From the NCBI GenBank assembly GCA_040005755.1, contig JBDTYJ010000001.1, positions 310-64,309 on the forward strand: a stretch of 64,000 bases of DNA, in the 5' to 3' direction. This DNA is from Pseudomonadota bacterium (GTDB lineage Bacteria > Myxococcota_A > Polyangia > Polyangiales > Polyangiaceae). This document shows positions 40,232-49,798 of this stretch, piece after piece; the stretch's first letter is position 1, and each line of letters opens with the position of its first letter. Made by a program: the position numbers and the translations under genes. The notes beneath the pieces are model-generated. The model worked only from the letters and a program-made list of their open reading frames with translations. It did not search any database and had not been told where the DNA came from.

Positions 40232-41010
40232 TAGATGGCCTCTTTTTCGGGCTCTTCGCCCAAGTACGCCGCCAGCACCCTGGGGTGCACTTTGATCTCT
40301 GCGGGCGCGCCTTCGGCGATAGTTTCGCCATGATCCACGACGTGAATTTTCTCGCACACGTTCATGACCACGGCCATGTTGTGCTCCACCAAGATCACGG
40401 TGAGGCCGAGCTGATCACGCAGGAAGCGGATTTGCTCGTTCAGCGTCCGCGCTTCTTGGCTATTCATTCCCGCGGCGGGCTCATCGAGCAGCAGCAGTTC
40501 CGGTGAAAGCATCAAGCCGCGGGCAATCTCCAAGCGCCGCTGGGAACCGTACGGCAGGCTGCCCGCCAGCTCGCCGGCCAAGTCCGCTAGGCCGAGGATC
40601 TCCAATAGTTCGCTGGCGCGCTTTCGCAGCGCTTGCTCGTCGGCTTCGTAGCGCTTGGTGCGCAACATGGCATCGAGGAGGCTCGCGGTGTGCAGGTGAT
40701 GGCCCGCGACCATGACATTCTCGGCCACGGTCATGGCCCGAAAAATGCGGATATTTTGAAATGTTCGGGCGATGCCTTGGGCGGCAATCAGCGCCGGTCG
40801 CAGGCCCGCGATGTTCTTCGCGCGGAACAAAATTTCCCCGTGCTCGGGCGTGTACACGCCGGTGATCACGTTGAAGAGCGTGGTCTTGCCGGCTCCGTTC
40901 GGTCCAATCAATCCGAAGATGGTGCCCTTCTCGACGCAGAAGGATACGCCGCGCACGGCGTGTAGGCCGCCGAAGATTTTATCGACGCCTCTGAGCTCGA
41001 GCAGCGTCAC
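40231..41010 (-). CDS. livG: Branched-chain amino acid ABC transporter ATP-binding subunit
   Basis: GPNGAGKT, RTFQN, LPYG.QRRLEIAR, DEPAAG. Confidence 0.94.
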   Translation of the reverse strand: MTLLELRGVDKIFGGLHAVRGVSFCVEKGTIFGLIGPNGAGKTTLFNVITGVYTPEHGEILFRAKNIAGLRPALIAAQGIARTFQNIRIFRAMTVAENVMVAGHHLHTASLLDAMLRTKRYEADEQALRKRASELLEILGLADLAGELAGSLPYGSQRRLEIARGLMLSPELLLLDEPAAGMNSQEARTLNEQIRFLRDQLGLTVILVEHNMAVVMNVCEKIHVVDHGETIAEGAPAEIKVHPRVLAAYLGEEPEKEAI

Positions 41011-42014
41011 ATGCCCTCGACGCGCGCAGTAGGCTTCGGCTTACGTGCAAGTTGGTACAACTCGCGATTGCCCAACAGCCCTTGGGGGCGCACCAACATG
41101 ATCACGACCAACAGCAGCGCGTAGAGCACGAGGCGGTATTGCTGCAGGTCGCGCATCACCTCCAGCGACACCGCCACGAAAATTCCGCCCAAAACCGCCC
41201 CGGAAATCGAGCCCAAACCGCCCACGATGATCATCACGACCATATCGATAGATTTTTCGAACCGGAAATCTTCCGGTCGCACGCCGGCTTGCATGTGAGC
41301 AAATAGGCCACCCGCGATGCCCGCTGTCGCCGCGCTGATTGCAAACGCGGTGACCTTGAGGCGTGTAGTCGGTGTGGCCATCGCTTCGGCCGCAATCTCG
41401 TCTTCACGAATCGCAATCAGCGAGCGGCCCGTTTGCGAGAAGGTGAGGTTGTGGATCAGCACCACAATCGTGGCGACCCACGCATAAACCCAAAAAAAGT
41501 TGGTGTACGCAGGTAACCCCGAGGGATCGTCGCCGAAGTAGCCCGTCGCAGCGCCCAAAAAGGTCGCGTTGTTGAACAGAATTCGGATAATTTCTCCGAA
41601 GCCGAGAGTGACGACGGCCAGGTAGTCGCCCCGTAGCCGCAGGCTTGGCATCCCGACAATGAGGCCGGAAATGCCGGCAAGTAGCGCACCCGCGAGCAAA
41701 GCCAGGTTGAAGATCACCGCGTCCGGGACCGCCCCTGTGCCGAGCAACCCATGTAACCCAGGAGCGATCGTGGTGCCGACGAACGCGGCTCCGTATGCGC
41801 CCACGGCCATAAAGCCGGCGTGGCCAATCGAAAACTGCCCAGTCGTGCCGTTGATCAGGTTGAGCCCGACCGCGAGGATGATGTTCACACCGGCGAGCAA
41901 CACGATGCGCTGCACGTACTCGGTGAGGCCCGCCTCGACGCCGAACCCGAGCCCGTAAATCGCCAGCAGCAGCGCGACGCCCAGCGCGGTTCGGATGAGC
42001 ACGCGGCGCATCAA
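41007..42014 (-). CDS. livM: Branched-chain amino acid ABC transporter permease
   Basis: GQFSIGHAGF, LRLRGDYLAVVTLGFGE, AIREDE.AAEA. Confidence 0.93.
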   Translation of the reverse strand: MMRRVLIRTALGVALLLAIYGLGFGVEAGLTEYVQRIVLLAGVNIILAVGLNLINGTTGQFSIGHAGFMAVGAYGAAFVGTTIAPGLHGLLGTGAVPDAVIFNLALLAGALLAGISGLIVGMPSLRLRGDYLAVVTLGFGEIIRILFNNATFLGAATGYFGDDPSGLPAYTNFFWVYAWVATIVVLIHNLTFSQTGRSLIAIREDEIAAEAMATPTTRLKVTAFAISAATAGIAGGLFAHMQAGVRPEDFRFEKSIDMVVMIIVGGLGSISGAVLGGIFVAVSLEVMRDLQQYRLVLYALLLVVIMLVRPQGLLGNRELYQLARKPKPTARVEGM

Positions 42015-42928
42015 ACCTTCTCCACCCGAACCACGCCCAACAGGCCCTCGGGTTTGAGCAACAGGATCAGGATCAGGATCAGAAACGTGATGGCGTCCCG
42101 GTACTCGGGCGATAGGTAACCAGCAGTGAGTTGTTCCGCCAAACCGATCAACAAGCCGCCCACCACCGCGCCAGGAATGCTGCCAATTCCGCCCAAAACC
42201 GCGGCAACGAACGCTTTTAACCCGGTCAGCACGCCCATTAGCGGGTTGATCGTGATCTGGTCTAGCCCGAACAAAATGCCACCCGCCGCGGCGAGTGCGG
42301 AGCCGACTGCGAACGTGGCGCGAATCACGCTGTTCGTGTCAATCCCCATCAACTTTGCCGCGTCAATGTTGAAGGACAGCGCGCGCATGGCTCGCCCCGT
42401 CCATGTGCGTTGTACGAACAGGTGCAGGCCGAGCATCAGGGTCAGCGCGACCACGAAAATTGTCAGCTTGATGTTGGTCACGATCACGCCGAAGAATTCG
42501 AAACGCACCTCCGATAGAATTGCCGGATAACGCTGCGGGTTCGGCGAGAACACCAACATGGCCGCGTTCTGCAGGAACAAGCTCATGCCGATGGCCGTGA
42601 TGAGCGGCGTCAGCCGTGGCGCGTTGCGCACCGGTCGGTACGCGAACAGCTCGACCAAAACGCCGAGCAGCGCAGCGGCCGCCATGGCCGCGATTAACAC
42701 GATTACGGCCAAATAAAGCGGGAAACTCTGATGGCGCGCCTCGAAGGCCGCAATGCCCAACGCGCCCGCGGCGTAGTAGCCGGTGTAAGCGCCGACCATG
42801 AACACCTCGCCATGCGCGAAGTTGATGAGCTTCAGGATGCCATAGACCATCGTGTAGCCCAACGCGATGAGCGCGTAGATCGACCCTAGCGAGAGGCCGT
42901 TGATGATCTGCTGTAGGAACTGAGTCAC
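42011..42928 (-). CDS. livH: Branched-chain amino acid ABC transporter permease
   Basis: GSIYALIALGYTMVYG..LINFAHG, KAFVAAVLGGIG, KPEGL. Confidence 0.95.
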   Translation of the reverse strand: MTQFLQQIINGLSLGSIYALIALGYTMVYGILKLINFAHGEVFMVGAYTGYYAAGALGIAAFEARHQSFPLYLAVIVLIAAMAAAALLGVLVELFAYRPVRNAPRLTPLITAIGMSLFLQNAAMLVFSPNPQRYPAILSEVRFEFFGVIVTNIKLTIFVVALTLMLGLHLFVQRTWTGRAMRALSFNIDAAKLMGIDTNSVIRATFAVGSALAAAGGILFGLDQITINPLMGVLTGLKAFVAAVLGGIGSIPGAVVGGLLIGLAEQLTAGYLSPEYRDAITFLILILILLLKPEGLLGVVRVEKV

Positions 42929-42932
42929 GCGC

Positions 42933-44105
42933 TCACGGGGCGATGGAAGTTTCGAACTTGGCTTTGCCGCCTTCGACCTTCAGCACGACGGCGCTCTTCA
43001 GTGGGTTCCGCTGTGCATCCATCGTGATCTTGCCGGTTACGCCCTCGAAGCCGTTGGTTTGCGCGATGGCGTCACGGATGGCCTTGCCGTCCGTGCTAGC
43101 GGCGCGACCAATGGCATCGACCAAGACCTCGGCGGCCTCGTAACCCAAGGCCCCGAGCCCGGTGGGCGGCTGGCCATATTTGGCCGTAAAATTGCTCACG
43201 AATTGCTTGGCCTTGTCCGTCGCAACGTCCGGCGCGAAATGATCGGAGAAGTAAGAGCCGTTGATGGCGTCCCCCCCGATCTTGAACAGATCGGGAGAAT
43301 CCCAGCCGTCGCCGCCGAGGAGCGGGATCTTCAGGCCGAGGCGCTGCGCCGTGCGCGCGATGGAACCGACCTCTGAATAGTAGCCGGGCACGAAGATCGC
43401 TTGCGCCCCACTGCCGCGAATTGCGGTGACCTGAGCGCTGAAGTCGGTATCGTTTTGCGAATACGCTTGCTCAGCAACGATGCTACCGCCCATGGCGGTA
43501 AATGACGCCCGGAACGCGTCCGACAAACCAATCGAGTAGTCGTTCTTGACGTCCTTCAAGATCGCGACTTTGTCGAGCTTCAGGTTTTGCCGCGCAAAGG
43601 TCGCCATCACCTTGCCCTGGAAGGGATCGATGAAGCACACGCGAAAAATGAAATCCCCGACCTCGGTCACCTTCGGGTTAGTGGAGGTGGGCGAAATCAT
43701 CGGCTTTTGGCGGCGTTGCGCGACGCGGCCACCAGCCAGGGACAAGCTGGACGCGACTTCACCGATCACGGCACTTACTTTCTCTACGTCGATTAGCCGA
43801 TTCACGGCGTTTGCCGCTTCAGCCGAATCACCTCGGTCGTCGAGCGTCACGAGCCGTAGCTTTTTGCCGAGCACGCCGCCCTTCGCATTTGCCTCCTCGA
43901 GGGCCATTCGAACGCCGCGGTCCGTGTCTTGTCCGAAGTGCGCAGTGCTGCCGGTCATCGACGCATAGTGACCGATGACAATCTCGGTCGCGCTCGCGCT
44001 TTCAGCCGCAGCCGCCGCGTCTGTTGTCCTCTTCTTGCAGCCGACGCCGGTGCTCAGAGCCGCCGCGCCTAGTCCGAAAATCAAAGTTCGTCGCAGGATC
44101 CGCAT
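42933..44105 (-). CDS. livK: Branched-chain amino acid ABC transporter substrate-binding lipoprotein (LivJ/LivK family)
   Basis: Lipobox GVGC; NAKGGVLG, FRVCFID..QG, GGDGWD, GVTG.I; first gene of the liv operon. Confidence 0.9.
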   Translation of the reverse strand: MRILRRTLIFGLGAAALSTGVGCKKRTTDAAAAAESASATEIVIGHYASMTGSTAHFGQDTDRGVRMALEEANAKGGVLGKKLRLVTLDDRGDSAEAANAVNRLIDVEKVSAVIGEVASSLSLAGGRVAQRRQKPMISPTSTNPKVTEVGDFIFRVCFIDPFQGKVMATFARQNLKLDKVAILKDVKNDYSIGLSDAFRASFTAMGGSIVAEQAYSQNDTDFSAQVTAIRGSGAQAIFVPGYYSEVGSIARTAQRLGLKIPLLGGDGWDSPDLFKIGGDAINGSYFSDHFAPDVATDKAKQFVSNFTAKYGQPPTGLGALGYEAAEVLVDAIGRAASTDGKAIRDAIAQTNGFEGVTGKITMDAQRNPLKSAVVLKVEGGKAKFETSIAP

Positions 44106-44202
44106 CGGCGAGGACGCTATCACAGGAGCGTTTCGAAGCGTGTCCTAGAGCCGGGCCACCGGGCTCGGCGCGATCCGGCGGCGATTTCGGCGTAAATCCT
44201 GC

Positions 44203-45879
44203 TTACTTGCAGGCCCGTAAGATTTTCAGCCCGTCCACTTCCACTTCACACATGCGCGTAGCGAGAGCGTCGTGCTTAACCGGTTGGGGCGCGCTCGGCG
44301 CGCTCAATTTGATGATGACTTTTTGGTCGCGCTGGGCGAGCACTTTCGCGCTGCCCTTCAGCGGGCCCTTGGCGGCGTGGAATTCCAAGGTCTCATTCGG
44401 GACCGCCAGCACTTCACAGGGCGTCGCATCGCAGACCTGAAAGCCGTTTTTGAGCAAAACGGCCCCGCTGGGCTCGCTCGCGACGCCGAGCCGAATCGCG
44501 CCGGTAGCACTGACGGACGGGGCGCCGACGCCGGCGGCGCTTTCGGCCGGCTTCGGGGCCTCTGCCATAGCCGAGGCCTCACCAGCGGTTGGCGGCGCGG
44601 GCGCAGGAGACTTTGCAGCAAGCGCAACGCTCCGCTCGGGCGTCGGAGTATTCGTGGCGTTCCGCTTCGCCACGACCCACGCTGCCGCAGTCCCGAGCGC
44701 GACGACCGCGATGGCCGCCAGCGCGAGCGGGCTGCGGGTGCCCGGTTTGGAGGGCGTGCGCGTGTTGGCCTCGGCGCCGACGAGGGTTTCCGCACGCGCG
44801 CCCGCAGTATTGTGGCCGACAGCGAGGCCCGAACTCAGGGACCCCGCGGGGCTCGGCGCCGGGATTGACCCGCCCGGTCCGGGTGGGATCGAGGACGGGC
44901 TGAACTGCTGAGCGGTCGGCGTTCCGGGCGAATGCGGCAACAAAGACATGGAGTGCTCAGCGACCGACGCAAGGACGGGCCGATAGCCGAGCGCTGCGGC
45001 GTCGGGCGTGGTCGTGATTGCCTGCGCAAATTCGAGCATCGTTTGATAACGGAGGCTCGGCTCCTTGACCAAGGCGCGCATGATTACGGCCTGTAACTGC
45101 GCTGAAATGGCAAGCTCCGGGAACACGCTGCTCAGCGCTGGCGGCGGGTCGTTCAGGTGCTTCGTGAGCACGCCCAGGAACGTTTCACCCGTGAAGGGGA
45201 CGGCGCCAGTGAACATCTCGTACATGATGATGCCCACCGCATAAATGTCCGCGCGCAGGTCGGCGTGCTTGCCGCCGGCTTGTTCGGGGGACATGTACTC
45301 GGGAGTGCCGAAAATCATGCCGGTTCGCGTGAGCCGACGTTTGGTCTCAGGCGCCGCCGCATCTTTGGAGCGCAACTGCGCGATGCCAAAATCGACGATT
45401 TTGACGATTTCTTCCCCGTCGGCGGTGCGCTGCAAGAACACGTTTTCTGGCTTCATATCGCGATGCACCACGCCGTTCGCGTGTGCAGCGGCGAGCGCGC
45501 GACAGATCTGCATCGACACGCGAATGCCGGTTGCTGCGTCCAGCACGCGCCGTCTTTGCAGCTCGTCCGCGAGGTCATTGCCCTCGAGGAACTCCATCGC
45601 CAAATAGAAGCAGCCGTTGTCGAGCTGGCCGAAATCGAACACATCCAGCACGTTCGGGTGCTTGATGCGTGACGCGCTGATCGCTTCCTGTTGGAAGCGC
45701 TTGACGATCTCGCCTTTGCCTGCGTACTCCGCGCGCAGCACTTTCAGCGCCACGCGCTTTTCGATCGCGACGTGCTCCGCCAAGTAGACATGGCCCATGC
45801 CACCTTCCCCGAGTGGCTTGATGATCCGGTAACGCCCTGCGGCAAGGGTACCAAGCATCGGGTCAGTGGGGTCGGTCAT
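44203..45879 (-). CDS. Hanks-type Ser/Thr protein kinase with TM helix and PEGA-like C-terminus
   Basis: GEGGMG, ALK, HRDMKPEN, DFG, GTPEYMSPE; hydrophobic segment LALAAIAVVALG; SEPSGA; ATG at 45879 chosen. Confidence 0.95.
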   Translation of the reverse strand: MTDPTDPMLGTLAAGRYRIIKPLGEGGMGHVYLAEHVAIEKRVALKVLRAEYAGKGEIVKRFQQEAISASRIKHPNVLDVFDFGQLDNGCFYLAMEFLEGNDLADELQRRRVLDAATGIRVSMQICRALAAAHANGVVHRDMKPENVFLQRTADGEEIVKIVDFGIAQLRSKDAAAPETKRRLTRTGMIFGTPEYMSPEQAGGKHADLRADIYAVGIIMYEMFTGAVPFTGETFLGVLTKHLNDPPPALSSVFPELAISAQLQAVIMRALVKEPSLRYQTMLEFAQAITTTPDAAALGYRPVLASVAEHSMSLLPHSPGTPTAQQFSPSSIPPGPGGSIPAPSPAGSLSSGLAVGHNTAGARAETLVGAEANTRTPSKPGTRSPLALAAIAVVALGTAAAWVVAKRNATNTPTPERSVALAAKSPAPAPPTAGEASAMAEAPKPAESAAGVGAPSVSATGAIRLGVASEPSGAVLLKNGFQVCDATPCEVLAVPNETLEFHAAKGPLKGSAKVLAQRDQKVIIKLSAPSAPQPVKHDALATRMCEVEVDGLKILRACK

Positions 45880-46038
45880 GGGCAAGGGCCGGGGCACGCA
45901 CAATGGCAAGGCGAGCCGCCGAGCCCAAAGGACGGGCTGCCCGAGCGTTAAACCATACCTTTCCTTGCCAGGAGCTTCCACCAGGCACTCGACCGGGTGG
46001 CAACAAAACCCGCGCTTTGATACGGTCGCGCACCGCAA

Positions 46039-46932
46039 ATGATTGTCGTGATGGAGACCGACGCGTCCGACGCAGCGATCGAGAACGTAATTTCTTTCTT
46101 GGTGGCAGCCGGCTTCGATGTGCATCGCTCGAGCGGTCAGTTCCGTTCGATCCTGGGTGTGGTGGGGGACGTGAGCGCCAACGACGTTTCCGTCGTGAGC
46201 GAATTCGAGGGAGTGGCGCAGGTCACGCGAGTGAGCGAGCCGTTCCGCCTTGCCTCACGTCGGTTTCGTAAACGCTCGACGGTGGTGGAGGGGCCGTGGG
46301 GAAGTATCGGCGGGGATCGACCGTGGATCGCCATCGAGCCCATCGGCCCGCTTGGTCTCGGTCGCAAGTCCGCTGCTGGCGACGACGAGGCGCCCGGTTC
46401 CACTGACCTTCCCTACGCAGTCGCTGCGGGCCGCCCATTCGACGCCGCGGTCACTCGATCGCACTTGGCGATCGAGAACGTCGGGTCGTTGGTGTGTTTA
46501 TCAATGCACCCAAAACCCCTTCAACAAGCCTACCCCGTCCGGTTCGTGGAACGCGCGCCGAGCTGGGGAGCTAACGCTTGGATCGGGGAGGCGGAACGGG
46601 AGCTGGAGCGCGGCTCGGATCAAGTCGTGCTGCTAGAAGCGGGGGGCGAGTACCCGAACGGCGCACGCACTCTGGAGATTGCCGCGATCGCCCGGGCCAA
46701 AATTCGCACTCACTTGCCGCTGATCGTGGATGTCGCGAGCATTGCGCAACGCGCGAAATATTCGAAGGCCGTCGCGTGCGCAGCGATTGGCGCAGGAGCG
46801 GATGGCGTGATCTTGCGCACCTGGGTCGGTCGTGACGGTGAGGTGCCGCGCGTACCGGCCACCCTGCGTTGGCAGGAGGCAGTACAGCTCGCCGAGCAGC
46901 TGCGTGAAATCGGCGCCATCGTGCGCAAATGA
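46039..46932 (+). CDS. Type I-beta DAHP synthase homolog with intact N-terminal ACT-like domain and degenerate catalytic barrel
   Basis: MIVVM..HRSSG..ILGVVGD..V.RV.EPFRLASR.F matches the AroF regulatory domain; HLPLIVD and AIGAGADG retained; GPCS, KPRTS, GARN and DPSH absent. Confidence 0.8.
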   Translation: MIVVMETDASDAAIENVISFLVAAGFDVHRSSGQFRSILGVVGDVSANDVSVVSEFEGVAQVTRVSEPFRLASRRFRKRSTVVEGPWGSIGGDRPWIAIEPIGPLGLGRKSAAGDDEAPGSTDLPYAVAAGRPFDAAVTRSHLAIENVGSLVCLSMHPKPLQQAYPVRFVERAPSWGANAWIGEAERELERGSDQVVLLEAGGEYPNGARTLEIAAIARAKIRTHLPLIVDVASIAQRAKYSKAVACAAIGAGADGVILRTWVGRDGEVPRVPATLRWQEAVQLAEQLREIGAIVRK

Positions 46933-47762
46933 AGCAGATTGCGGTCTTCGGCTTCGGTTTGATGGGCGCCTCGATTGCCGCGGCCCTCCGTGAATCCACC
47001 GCGCAGATTCAGATCGTAGCCATTGATTTACCGGCTGTGCTGGCGGCGCCCGCAGTGCGCTCTTTGGCGGATCAGTGTCTCGCGAGTGACGAGCGCGACC
47101 GTGTGCAGGCTGTGGCGGCTACTGCCGACTTGTGCGTGCTCGCAGCCCCCGTGAGCGTGATTGCCGCCCAATTGCCGTCGTTACTCGAGTTCGCCCAGGT
47201 GATCACCGACTGCGGGTCTACCAAGCGCTCGATCTGCGCGGCCGCCGCAGCCTCGCCCAGGGCGAGCCGCTTCGTGCCTGGTCACCCGATGGCGGGCGGT
47301 CCCGAGGGTGGCGCGAGCCGTGCGCGGGCAGACTTGTTTCGCGGCCAAACTTGGCTGCTCTGCCCGGAGCATCGCGACGTAGACGCGGTCGCGCGCGTGG
47401 AAGAGCTGATCCAGCTCGTCGGCGCACGGGCTTTTCACATGAGCGCCGACGCGCACGATAGAGCGGTTGCCTACACGAGCCACCTGCCGCAGCTCCTCGC
47501 GAGTGCGCTTTCGGCGCTGGCGGCGGACGCGGGTGCGCTTCCTGCGGCGGGTCCGGCGTTTCGTGCCACCACCCGTAGCGCCGGCGGGTCAGAAGCGATG
47601 TGGCGCGATATTTTCGAGGCAAATGCCGACCAGATCGCGCCGGCGTTACGCGAGGTGGCCGCCGAATTGGCCGCCGTCGCGGCGGGTCTCGAAGCCACCC
47701 CGAGCGACGTGCGGCGGGCGCTCGCGCTGCTCGCCCGAGCCCGAGCGGAGCGCATCAAGTGA
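46929..47762 (+). CDS. tyrA: Prephenate/arogenate dehydrogenase
   Basis: GFGLMG, DCGSTK, GHPMAG, HD.AVA.TSHLPQ, TR.A, MWRDIF; ATGA overlap. Confidence 0.92.
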   Translation: MKQIAVFGFGLMGASIAAALRESTAQIQIVAIDLPAVLAAPAVRSLADQCLASDERDRVQAVAATADLCVLAAPVSVIAAQLPSLLEFAQVITDCGSTKRSICAAAAASPRASRFVPGHPMAGGPEGGASRARADLFRGQTWLLCPEHRDVDAVARVEELIQLVGARAFHMSADAHDRAVAYTSHLPQLLASALSALAADAGALPAAGPAFRATTRSAGGSEAMWRDIFEANADQIAPALREVAAELAAVAAGLEATPSDVRRALALLARARAERIK

Positions 47763-47817
47763 GCCCGCGTAACCCGACGCCCAGGCGCTGGCGGGGTTCT
47801 TGCTCTAAGGGCGCCTG

Positions 47818-48165
47818 ATGGGTTCGCCGTGGCGCCGCTGGGGTTGGATAGGAGGGCTGGCTTTGGCGGTCGGCTGCTCCCTCAACCCGCAGCCGGATTT
47901 GCCCGGTGATCAACTCGGGGGCGGAGGTGCGGTCGCCGGCGCTGGGGCTCCCTCGAACCTGCATGGCGGTGGCTCAGCGGGCAGCAGCACGTCGTCAGGC
48001 GCTGGCGCCCAGTCGCCAGGCAGCGGGGGAACCTCGCCGGGCGCCGCCGAGGGCGGCGAGGGCGGCGAGGGCGATGACCTCACAGAGGGCGGTGCGCCAG
48101 CCAGCGGCGAAGCGGGCCAGGCTGGCGCCGCGGAGGCCGGCGCCGTCGGCGTGACATCGCGTTAG
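47818..48165 (+). CDS. Small Gly-rich lipoprotein (CSLNPQPDLPG)
   Basis: Lipobox LAVGC, then a motif shared with the next ORF and a Gly/Ala/Glu low-complexity tail. Confidence 0.75.
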   Translation: MGSPWRRWGWIGGLALAVGCSLNPQPDLPGDQLGGGGAVAGAGAPSNLHGGGSAGSSTSSGAGAQSPGSGGTSPGAAEGGEGGEGDDLTEGGAPASGEAGQAGAAEAGAVGVTSR

Positions 48166-48287
48166 TTCGCCTGCGTCGTGACCGGAGCGCCCGGCTTTGT
48201 GCCAACCTGTGCCGAACTCCGGCGCTGCCCGGCTCGTTTCGGGCGGCGTTCAATTGGCTCATCTCGTGCTAGAATCGAATTGGGCAA

Positions 48288-48626
48288 ATGCTTATTGGCA
48301 GGCACAAGTCGTGGCTCATCGGGTTGGCACTCGGCGGCTGCGTGCTCAACCCCCAGCCGGACCTGCCGGGTAACAATACCTCCGGCGCGGCTGATTTTCC
48401 CGGCAGCGGAGGGAGCATGTCTGCCGGGAGTGGCGGGGCGTCCACGTCAGCAGCTGGTAACGGCGGCTCAGGCACGGTGCTCACCCCCGGTAGCGGCGGG
48501 GCGCCGGAGATCGCCCTCCCAGGCGACGGAGGCGACGGCGGTGAAGGCGGTGCCCCCCTGCTCGGTGACGGCGGCGCCAGCGGTGAAGCGGGGCTGCGTC
48601 AGCTCGCGCCTGGGCCGGCCAGGTAA
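48288..48626 (+). CDS. Small Gly-rich lipoprotein (CVLNPQPDLPG), paralog of the upstream gene
   Basis: Lipobox ALGGC, shared motif, Gly-rich tail; own extended -10 TGCTAGAAT at 48267-48275. Confidence 0.75.
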   Translation: MLIGRHKSWLIGLALGGCVLNPQPDLPGNNTSGAADFPGSGGSMSAGSGGASTSAAGNGGSGTVLTPGSGGAPEIALPGDGGDGGEGGAPLLGDGGASGEAGLRQLAPGPAR

Positions 48627-49108
48627 TGATCAAGCACGTTCGAAATTAGGTCGGCGAGAATGCCGTCGGCGACGCGCAGGCGTCGACTCAGCTCGCGTGC
48701 AAGGTTCAGCACGATCAGCGAATACGAGCGCAAGTCGTAGCGGTACAGCGCGTCCAAGTCCGCGGCGCTGACGCGCAGCAAACGGGAAGGCGCGAGCGCG
48801 CGCACCGTCGCCGAGCGCGGCTGAATATCTACGATGCTCATTTCCCCGAACCAATCACCGGGGCCGAGCAATGCAACGCGTGCTTCGGTGGAGCGCTTGC
48901 TCTTCTTGAGCACCTCCATCTCGCCGCCGATGACGACGAACATGGCGTTGGCGTCATCGCCCTCGTGGAACACGATTTCGCCCGCTTCCGGGCGTTGCAT
49001 GGTGAGGCTGCCGGCCAAGTGCGTTAGCACTTCATCACTCAGCGCGCCGAATAACCCAATCGCCCGCAGTTCGGCCGGGCTAATGCTGTCCGAGGAAAGA
49101 GTGCTCAT
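48599..49108 (-). CDS. Stand-alone cyclic nucleotide-binding (Crp-type cNMP) domain protein
   Basis: VFHEGD, GEMEV, GDWFGEMS, PRSATVRA; no HTH. Confidence 0.9.
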   Translation of the reverse strand: MSTLSSDSISPAELRAIGLFGALSDEVLTHLAGSLTMQRPEAGEIVFHEGDDANAMFVVIGGEMEVLKKSKRSTEARVALLGPGDWFGEMSIVDIQPRSATVRALAPSRLLRVSAADLDALYRYDLRSYSLIVLNLARELSRRLRVADGILADLISNVLDHYLAGPGAS

Positions 49109-49221
49109 TTCGGCTCCCAGACAGCTTCTATCGCTGCCGCCCGCACGTCAAATCCGAGCTTACGTTCGGCTCCAAAACGGAGCCCGCGAACAGTGGCTTT
49201 GCGTTTGCCACGACTAAACCG

Positions 49222-49659
49222 TCACAGATTCTTGTTGAATACGACGCGCGGCCGCGCCGGTCCGGCGTAGTCTTCCACGCTGGTCACGTTCCAACCGGTG
49301 GCGCGATGGAAGGCGATCGAGCCCTCGTTCCCGCTCGTGGTAATTGCCTTGAGGCGCGTGCAGCCGGCGGCACGCGCGTCCTCTTCGAACGTCTGGTAGA
49401 GGACCTTACCGACGCCGCGCCGACGGTAGTCCGGATGGATGCCGACGAGGTGTACATAGCCCGTTTTGGGCGGGCCGGGCGCAACGAAGCCCAACAGAAA
49501 GCCGACCAAAATGCCGTCGTGTTCCACGACGCGCGCCATGGTGCCGAGCTCGTGGAAGAAAATCGGATGAGCCAGGGCCGTTGTCGGGCCGCCCCACCAG
49601 CGATCGATGATCTGGACGATGTGATCGTAGTCTTGCTTACCGAGTGGCCGAGTGATCAT
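49222..49659 (-). CDS. GNAT-family N-acetyltransferase
   Basis: IHPDYRRRGVG acetyl-CoA motif; N..SIAFH. Confidence 0.92.
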   Translation of the reverse strand: MITRPLGKQDYDHIVQIIDRWWGGPTTALAHPIFFHELGTMARVVEHDGILVGFLLGFVAPGPPKTGYVHLVGIHPDYRRRGVGKVLYQTFEEDARAAGCTRLKAITTSGNEGSIAFHRATGWNVTSVEDYAGPARPRVVFNKNL

Positions 49660-49798
49660 GAGCTCAGTCTGCGCTGCGGCGAAACGGGCCCTGCGGGCGT
49701 TTCCCCGAGATTACCACGCATTTCGCGGCCAGCGGCTACAAACGCGAGCTTCCCAAGCTAGCTCTGCCCTACCTCGTCAGCTATTGATTCGGGTAGCC

